NCBI RefSeq assembly: GCF_046119375.1
Contig: NW_027362767.1
Span: forward strand, 7,750,001 to 7,814,000
Source: Phyllobates terribilis
Taxonomy: Eukaryota
Reading direction: 5' to 3'
Length of the DNA stretch: 64,000 nucleotides
Shown: one piece after another, positions 58,190-64,000 of the stretch
Layout: each line of letters starts with the position of its first letter
How positions within the stretch are numbered: position 1 is the stretch's first letter
The notes under the pieces: model-generated
Seen by the model: only the letters and a program-made list of their open reading frames with translations
Database searches by the model: none
Told to the model about the DNA's origin: nothing
Made by a program: the position numbers and the translations under genes

Positions 58190-59950
58190 ATGGAGTTTCC
58201 CGCCACTGGGAGACGATTCCCGCCATTTCCAAGGATTTCCCGCCTTGGGGGAGCGGACGCCATTATGGGCGTGCCAGAGGGTGGCAAGAGGCCACCTCCC
58301 ATCGTGGGCCAGGTCGAAGAATGGCGCCAAAAGCGGAAACCGCGCCCACCAACAGAGACTGTGATGCTGGAAGTGTCCATCAGCGTGAGAGAACTGCCCC
58401 TGGAACTGAAGTTGCCCCGGGACCACCCTCGATGTGGGCGGAGACAGAAGAAGAGAGCAAAGATGGGTGTCGCCTGGAGCAGTCTGGAGAGAGCGCACCC
58501 GGAGACAAGACGTCTGGAAGAGAGTCCAGAGAGAGCCTACCCGGAGATGGAGGGAGAGTCAGGCAGCACCGACCCAGTGGTCAGGAGCCTGTTGCAGGTC
58601 GCCACTCCAGAAGGCCTGCTGGAGATCCTAACACAGCTCCCCCGAGACCGGGAGTGTGCACAGACCGCGCTGGAGGGCCTCGCACAGAGGTTGGCCCGGG
58701 TGCAACGAGAGACGTTGGCGGAGTGGAGCCGAGAGATGGCCCAGCAGATCGAGACTCGTCAGCGGAGCACGCCACCCGAGACGAGGAGACAGACCGCCTC
58801 TGAGGATGGCGCAGGAGGACTGAAGGCCGGAGACGGCGCCGAGAAGGGAGCCGAACGAATGGAGGCAGGTAAAGGGGACGTCACTACCCCGAGCCGGGAA
58901 ACCGCGTGCCTGCCCCAGCTCCCCGTCGCAGAGCCCGAAATTCCCCCTGCCGTGCCCGTCGCTGCATCGTCACCGCCGCCGACTAGGCCTCAACCGGAAA
59001 CCGCGGCCGCGACCCCTGTGACGTCACACGCCTCGACCTCGAGCGTGGCCAAGCAGGAAATACCACCGGCCTGGTCGCAAGGCCTAGTACCCCCGGGCGC
59101 CGCAATACCAACAGCGCCCCCTACCTCCGCGGAGCCACCGGCCTGGTCGCAGGGCCGAATAACCCAGGGCGCCGCCGTTCTTACGGTGCCCTTTGCCTTT
59201 AAGGTGCCCCAGGCCTGGTCGCAAGGCCTGGTTAACCCGGGCGCCGCTACCATCAACGCGCCCTCAGCATCTAGAGTGCCGCACCTGGGTGAAGATCTAT
59301 TCGCCCAGCATACGTGCCCGGATGGGCAGCCCTTTGTATGGCCCCAGGAGTACATTCAGCTGGAACTCCAGAGAGCAAGGCCCATGTGCGAGCCCCTGAT
59401 TCCGGCTCCGAAGCCTGTAAAGAGGACCTCGCCCCCGCTGGAGGAGGCACAGTTTGAGTGGGACCCCACTGGAGAAGACCTCATGGGGTTCACTCAGGAG
59501 ACTCGGGCGGCCGCAGCAGAGCGTGCAGAGTGCTGCCGGCAGCAGCTCGAGGTCTTCGAGAAGGAGCGGAGAGAGAGGCGGGTCCGGGAACAGCAAGCAC
59601 AGATAAGGAGCGCGGAGCAGAAGAGCCGGACCAGGAGGAATCCCCGTGCAGCTCATGGTCCCCCTTCCACCGGGACTGTGATAAAATTCAACATGCAGCA
59701 CGGATGGGGCTTTATCAGAGACCATCATACCCCCGGCGACGTCTTTGTGACCCGCAGAGACGTAGAAAGCCATCTGCCGGAGGGACACAGAGGTCGTGAC
59801 CTTTACCTGGGTGATGAGGTCACCTTCACCCGGCACAAGTGTGCCAAAGGACCCTACGCCCTCCATGTGCATCGCCTGACGGAGGAGGAGCAAGAGGACC
59901 CAGACGGGTCTGAAGAACCTAAAGAAGGAGCAGGAGGACGCCGTCGTTGA
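58190..59950 (+). CDS. 586-aa protein of the LTR element with a C-terminal cold-shock domain (59669-59878)
   Basis: Uninterrupted ORF from the first ATG (58190). TGTVIKFNMQHGWGFI..DVFVT..GDEVTF..KGPYALHV aligns by eye with the CSD consensus GTVKWFN.KGFGFI..DVFVH..GQ.VEF..KGP.A.NV. No Gag, RT or IN motifs recognised. Confidence 0.85.
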   Translation: MEFPATGRRFPPFPRISRLGGADAIMGVPEGGKRPPPIVGQVEEWRQKRKPRPPTETVMLEVSISVRELPLELKLPRDHPRCGRRQKKRAKMGVAWSSLERAHPETRRLEESPERAYPEMEGESGSTDPVVRSLLQVATPEGLLEILTQLPRDRECAQTALEGLAQRLARVQRETLAEWSREMAQQIETRQRSTPPETRRQTASEDGAGGLKAGDGAEKGAERMEAGKGDVTTPSRETACLPQLPVAEPEIPPAVPVAASSPPPTRPQPETAAATPVTSHASTSSVAKQEIPPAWSQGLVPPGAAIPTAPPTSAEPPAWSQGRITQGAAVLTVPFAFKVPQAWSQGLVNPGAATINAPSASRVPHLGEDLFAQHTCPDGQPFVWPQEYIQLELQRARPMCEPLIPAPKPVKRTSPPLEEAQFEWDPTGEDLMGFTQETRAAAAERAECCRQQLEVFEKERRERRVREQQAQIRSAEQKSRTRRNPRAAHGPPSTGTVIKFNMQHGWGFIRDHHTPGDVFVTRRDVESHLPEGHRGRDLYLGDEVTFTRHKCAKGPYALHVHRLTEEEQEDPDGSEEPKEGAGGRRR

Positions 59951-60429
59951 AGTACGGTAGAGAGAGACTGTATAAAGTTGTCCGTCGGGGTACCAGGAAC
60001 TGTTACTTATTTAAAATATGTTCCCCGTTGGGACCAGCCAAGAGTGAACTGTTAACCCCGTGTGTCCCTATTCCCACTGACCGAGGACTGAGAGCGGTCA
60101 ATCCTCCCTAATACCTGGCCGAGGACTGAGAGCGGCCATATTTCCCTTGTATATAGTTGCGCTTCCTAAAGCGCCCCCTACCGGTTTTATAGGGAACTGT
60201 TTTATTCCAAGAGAGACTGTCGCACTTTACCCGGTCACAAGTTGCACCGTGACCGGAGGAACCAGAGACAGGAATGTTTACAAAAATGTTATTTATATGA
60301 AAAGTTTATTGCTGATAATATATGTGATGTTTTATATGTTTATATGTTGATGTTTTATGAAAAAATTTGTATGTTTTGGATGTTTATATTTTACAGCCCG
60401 AGGACGTGCTGTGATTTACCAGGGGGGAA

Positions 60430-61645
60430 TGTAGCACCCTGAGGATTCGGCTGCTACAGGGGTATTGCACCTCAACCCAGAGGTGTGATATTCCACTCCC
60501 GGGTAAGGATGGAGTGTGGAACTGAGCTCAGTTAGCTGCATGCACTACACACATCCCATTTCCGAGGAACAGACCGATGGTACTCCCACTAGAGAAATGT
60601 GCAGGTACGACAGTGTCTGTTCCTGGCTGGAGTGGGAGGGGGGTGGAACATCCCAGTAGTGTAGGGGCAGATAGGGGGAGCAGTCTGGGTAGTGCTAGGA
60701 GCTCATTGGGTGCTGGTCACCTGAGCTCACACATAGAGGGAGTATATAAGGTGGGCACCATCTTAGGACAGGGTCTTTTGCAGAGTGAGGTCAGTCTGTC
60801 AGTCTTTGTAGAGGAAGAGAGCAGAGGAGAAGAGCAGCTCCAAGGCCAAGAGAAAGAGAGAGGAGAAAGAAAGACCCAGAGGGGGAGAAAGAAGGAACTC
60901 CAAGAGCCCAAATTAGATCAGAGGGTGAAGAGTTGGCAACAGGGTACCGGATCCCAAGCTGGCAGAGGCTACAGCACACCTTAGCCAGGAACCGGAGGTC
61001 GTGGGCAGGATCTGCCACGACCACCCACTAAATCCACCCGGAAGGCAGACCAGGAATAGGGTCAGGGAACCCAGAGACAAGGGTTTACCACCAAGAGGCC
61101 CGAGGGAGCCGGACATAGGTGGATCCCTGGTGGGGAAGGCCAGAGAAGAGGACAGGACAGAAAGGGAGCTCAGGACCACGCTCCAGAATCACCTGGGGGT
61201 TGGCCGAGTCCAGGACCTGGTGGACGCAGCACGGCTCGGGTGGTCACTTAAGGCCGGAGTGACCAGAACAACTGCAGTAAGTAAACAAACCCTGAACTGC
61301 ACAGCCCGACTCTGCGTCTCATTTCCATCCTCGCTGCACCATCACAACCCCCATCCTCTGCAACTGACCCCCTGAGGCTATACCCCTCCCGTTGGGGGTT
61401 ATACTACCTAAGCTGCACATACATCACCAGCCTCAGTGGACCCTGCTGCAGCGGCGGCCGTACTGACCGCAATTCAACGGGTGGCGTAGTCGACACAAAA
61501 GAACATCTAGTAACATCTATACGGACTGCCACACACTGAGCTTGACACCCTGGGCACGGACCGGGTCACAGCCACTCGGAGACTACAACCCCCATCTGAT
61601 CCGGCTCCGGGTATCCCTAACAGCACTGGCCCAGGGGGCGCGTCA
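60430..61645 (+). repeat. 3' LTR (1216 bp)
   Basis: Copy of the 5' LTR at offset 3625, preceded by the PPT. Confidence 0.93.
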
Positions 61646-63572
61646 AGAGGACGGGCGGTCACCAGATACTGATGATGGAGGAGACCGGCGGTCACCAGAT
61701 ACTGATGATGGAGGCAACGGGCGGTCACCAGATACTGATGATGGAGGAGACGGGCGGTCACCAGATACTGATGATGGAGGAGACGGGCGGTCACCAGATA
61801 CTGATGATGGAGGCGACGGGCAGTCACCAGATACTGATGATGGAGGTGATGGGCGGTCACCAGATACTGATGATGGAGGAGACGGGCGGTCACCAGATAC
61901 TGATGATGTAGGAGACGGGCGGTCACCAGATACTGATGATGGAGGAGACGGGCGGTCACCAGATACTGATGATGGAGGGGACGGGCGGTCACCAGATACT
62001 GATGATGGAGGAGACGGGCGGTCACCAGATACTGATGATGGAGGAGACAGGCGGTCACCAGATACTGATGATGGAGGCGACGGGCGGTCACCAGATACTG
62101 ATGATGGAGGCGACGGGCGGTCACCAGATACTGATGATGGAGGTGACGGGTGGTCACCAGATACTGATGATGGAGGCGACAGGCGGTCACCAGATACTGA
62201 TGATGGAGGAGACCGGCGGTCACCAGATACTGATGATGGAGGTGACAGGTGGTCACCAGATACTGATGATGGAGGGGACGGGCGGTCACGAGATACTGAT
62301 GATGGAGGAGACGGGCGGTCACCAGATACTGATGATGGAGGAGACGGGCGGTCACCAGATACTGATGATGGAGGAGACGGGCGGTCACCAGATACTGATG
62401 ATGGAGGAGGCGGGCGGTCACCAGATACTGATGATGGAGGAGACGGGCGGTCACCGTATACTGATGATGGAGGAGACGGGCGGTCACCAGATACTTATGA
62501 TGGAGGTGACAGGTGGTCACCAGATACTGATGATGGAGGCGACGGGCGGTCACCAGATACTGATGATGGAGGAGACGGGCGGTCACCAGATACTGATGAT
62601 GGAGGAGACGGGCGGTCACCGTATACTGATGATGGAGGAGACGGGCGGTCACCAGATACTGATGATGGAGGAGACGGGCGGTCACCAGATACTGATGATG
62701 GAGGAGACGGGCGGTCACCAGATACTGATGATGGAGGAGACGGGCGGTCACCGTATACTGATGATGGAGGAGACGGGCGGTCACCAGATACTGATGATGG
62801 AGGTGACAGGTGGTCACCAGATACTGATGATGGAGGGGACGGACGGTCACGAGATACTGATGATGGAGGAGACGGGCGGTCACCAGATACTGATGATGGA
62901 GGAGACGGGCGGTCACCAGATACTGATGATGGAGGAGACGGGCGGTCACCAGATACTGATGATGGAGGAGACGGGCGGTCACCGTATACTGATGATGGAG
63001 GAGACGGGCGGTCACCAGATACTTATGATGGAGGTGACAGGTGGTCACCAGATACTGATGATGGAGGGGACGGGCGGTCACCAGATACTGATGATGGAGG
63101 AGACGGGCGGTCACCAGATACTGATGATGGAGGAGACGGGCGGTCACCAGATACTGATGATGGAGGAGACGGGCGGTCACCAGATACTGATGATGGAGGT
63201 GACGGGTGGTCACCGTATACTGATGATGGAGGAGACGGGCGGTCACCAGATACTGATGATGGAGGAGACGGGCGGTCACCAGATACTGATGATGGAGGTG
63301 ACGGGCGGTCATCAGATACTGATGATGGAGGTGACGGGCGGTCACCAGATACTGATGATGGAGGCGACGGGCGGTCACCAGATACTGATGATTTACATTT
63401 TTCTTCTCTTCAGTCACCCTTCTGTGTCTGAAGCTTCTGACTGCGCAGCATTTTCTTCTCACCTGCCTAAAACTTGTGCACAGCACTGTATGTAGATAGA
63501 CAAAGGAATATAGGCATATAAGTACACACATACGTACAGCGCTATAGCCGTAACACACGCTATATCTATATA

Positions 63573-64000
63573 AAAATTCATGGCTGAAAGTGTTGGCACC
63601 CTTGAAATTGTTTTAGAAAATGAAGTATTTCTCTCAGAAAATTATTCTAGGTACACACGTTTTGTTATACACATTTGTTTTTTTGTGTCGCTCCAATACA
63701 CACAAAGGAAATAAGAGAAAAAAAAAGGCAAATTAGACATAATTTCACACAAAACCCCAAAGATTGGCCAGACAAAATTGTTGGCACCTTTCCAAAATTG
63801 AACCTGTGGCAAGTAACAGACGCGGGCAATATGAAAATCACACCTGAAACCAGATAAAAAGGGGAGAAGTTGCCTCAATCTTTGCATTGTGTGTCCGTGT
63901 GTGCCACACTAAGCGTGGAGAACAGAAAGAGGAGAAGAGAACTGTCTGAGGACTTGAGAACCAAAATTGTTGAACAATATCAACAATCTCAAGGTTACAA
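63573..64000 (+). mobile_element. 5' part of a Tc1 transposon running off the window
   Basis: TCATGGCTGAAAGTGTTGGCACC end motif; frame from 63915 reads (GTG)ENRKRRRELSEDLRTKIVEQYQQSQGY, a Tc1 N-terminus. Confidence 0.85.

Larger units (their letters stand above)
56805..61645 (+). mobile_element. Complete non-autonomous LTR retroelement (Gypsy-like cis signals) encoding a cold-shock-domain protein
   Basis: LTRs 56805-58019 and 60430-61645 (TG...CA; about 4 differences seen), TSD AGAG (56801-56804 / 61646-61649), PBS 58024-58041, PPT AGGGGGGAA 60421-60429, single 2.4-kb internal region. Confidence 0.93.
56455..63392. repeat. 33-bp minisatellite (56455-56804 and 61646-63392) split by the LTR element
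   Basis: Unit GATACTGATGATGGAGGAGACGGGCGGTCACCA, about 10 plus about 53 copies. Confidence 0.95.

Noticed and set aside
61646-63392. CTGATGA in every 33-bp unit as a hammerhead core, or a CRISPR-like array
   Set aside because: No GAAA or stem II/III; units are contiguous with no unique spacers; eukaryotic context with no cas genes.
56407-63487. Naming the candidate gene PGF on synteny
   Set aside because: The peptide and exon phase do not match the VEGF/PGF exon 1 structure as I recall it.
61507-63558. ORFs of 519-683 aa (HHQYLVTAR, SPDTDDGG, MMEETGGHQIL repeats)
   Set aside because: A 33-bp unit open in three frames; no evidence of coding selection.

Overview
Vertebrate, most likely frog (anuran), genomic DNA. 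The taxon is inferred from the Tc1/CR1/Penelope/MITE repertoire. It carries four conserved genes in the same order and relative orientation as human 14q24.3: ZC2HC1C (-, CDS 16023-7249), ACYP1 (+, 20497-20886), MLH3 (+, 12 coding exons, 23244-36093) and EIF2B2 (-, 8 exons, 49759-36132). All exon boundaries were read by hand and keep frame. Introns are either tiny (61-150 nt) or inflated by intron-specific minisatellites (about a third of the window) and transposons. The giant ORFs in the track are repeat artefacts. Mobile DNA includes a young 5'-truncated CR1 nested in a gag-pro-only Gypsy element, about 8 Tc1/mariner copies (one a 1.57-kb foldback palindrome), a solo LTR, and two Penelope-like pieces carrying minimal hammerhead-ribozyme motifs. 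The most striking feature is a structurally complete, very young 4.84-kb LTR element at 56805-61645: near-identical 1.2-kb LTRs, 4-bp TSD, tRNA-Ser PBS and PPT. Its only ORF encodes no recognisable Gag or Pol but ends in a cold-shock domain. Other notable items: MLH3 and EIF2B2 stop codons are 38 bp apart with interlocking poly(A) signals; MLH3 intron 9 holds an array of copied splice donors, 12 of them in frame; and the MLH3 linker contains a 31-aa coding tandem repeat. No database searches were possible, so novelty is unverified.
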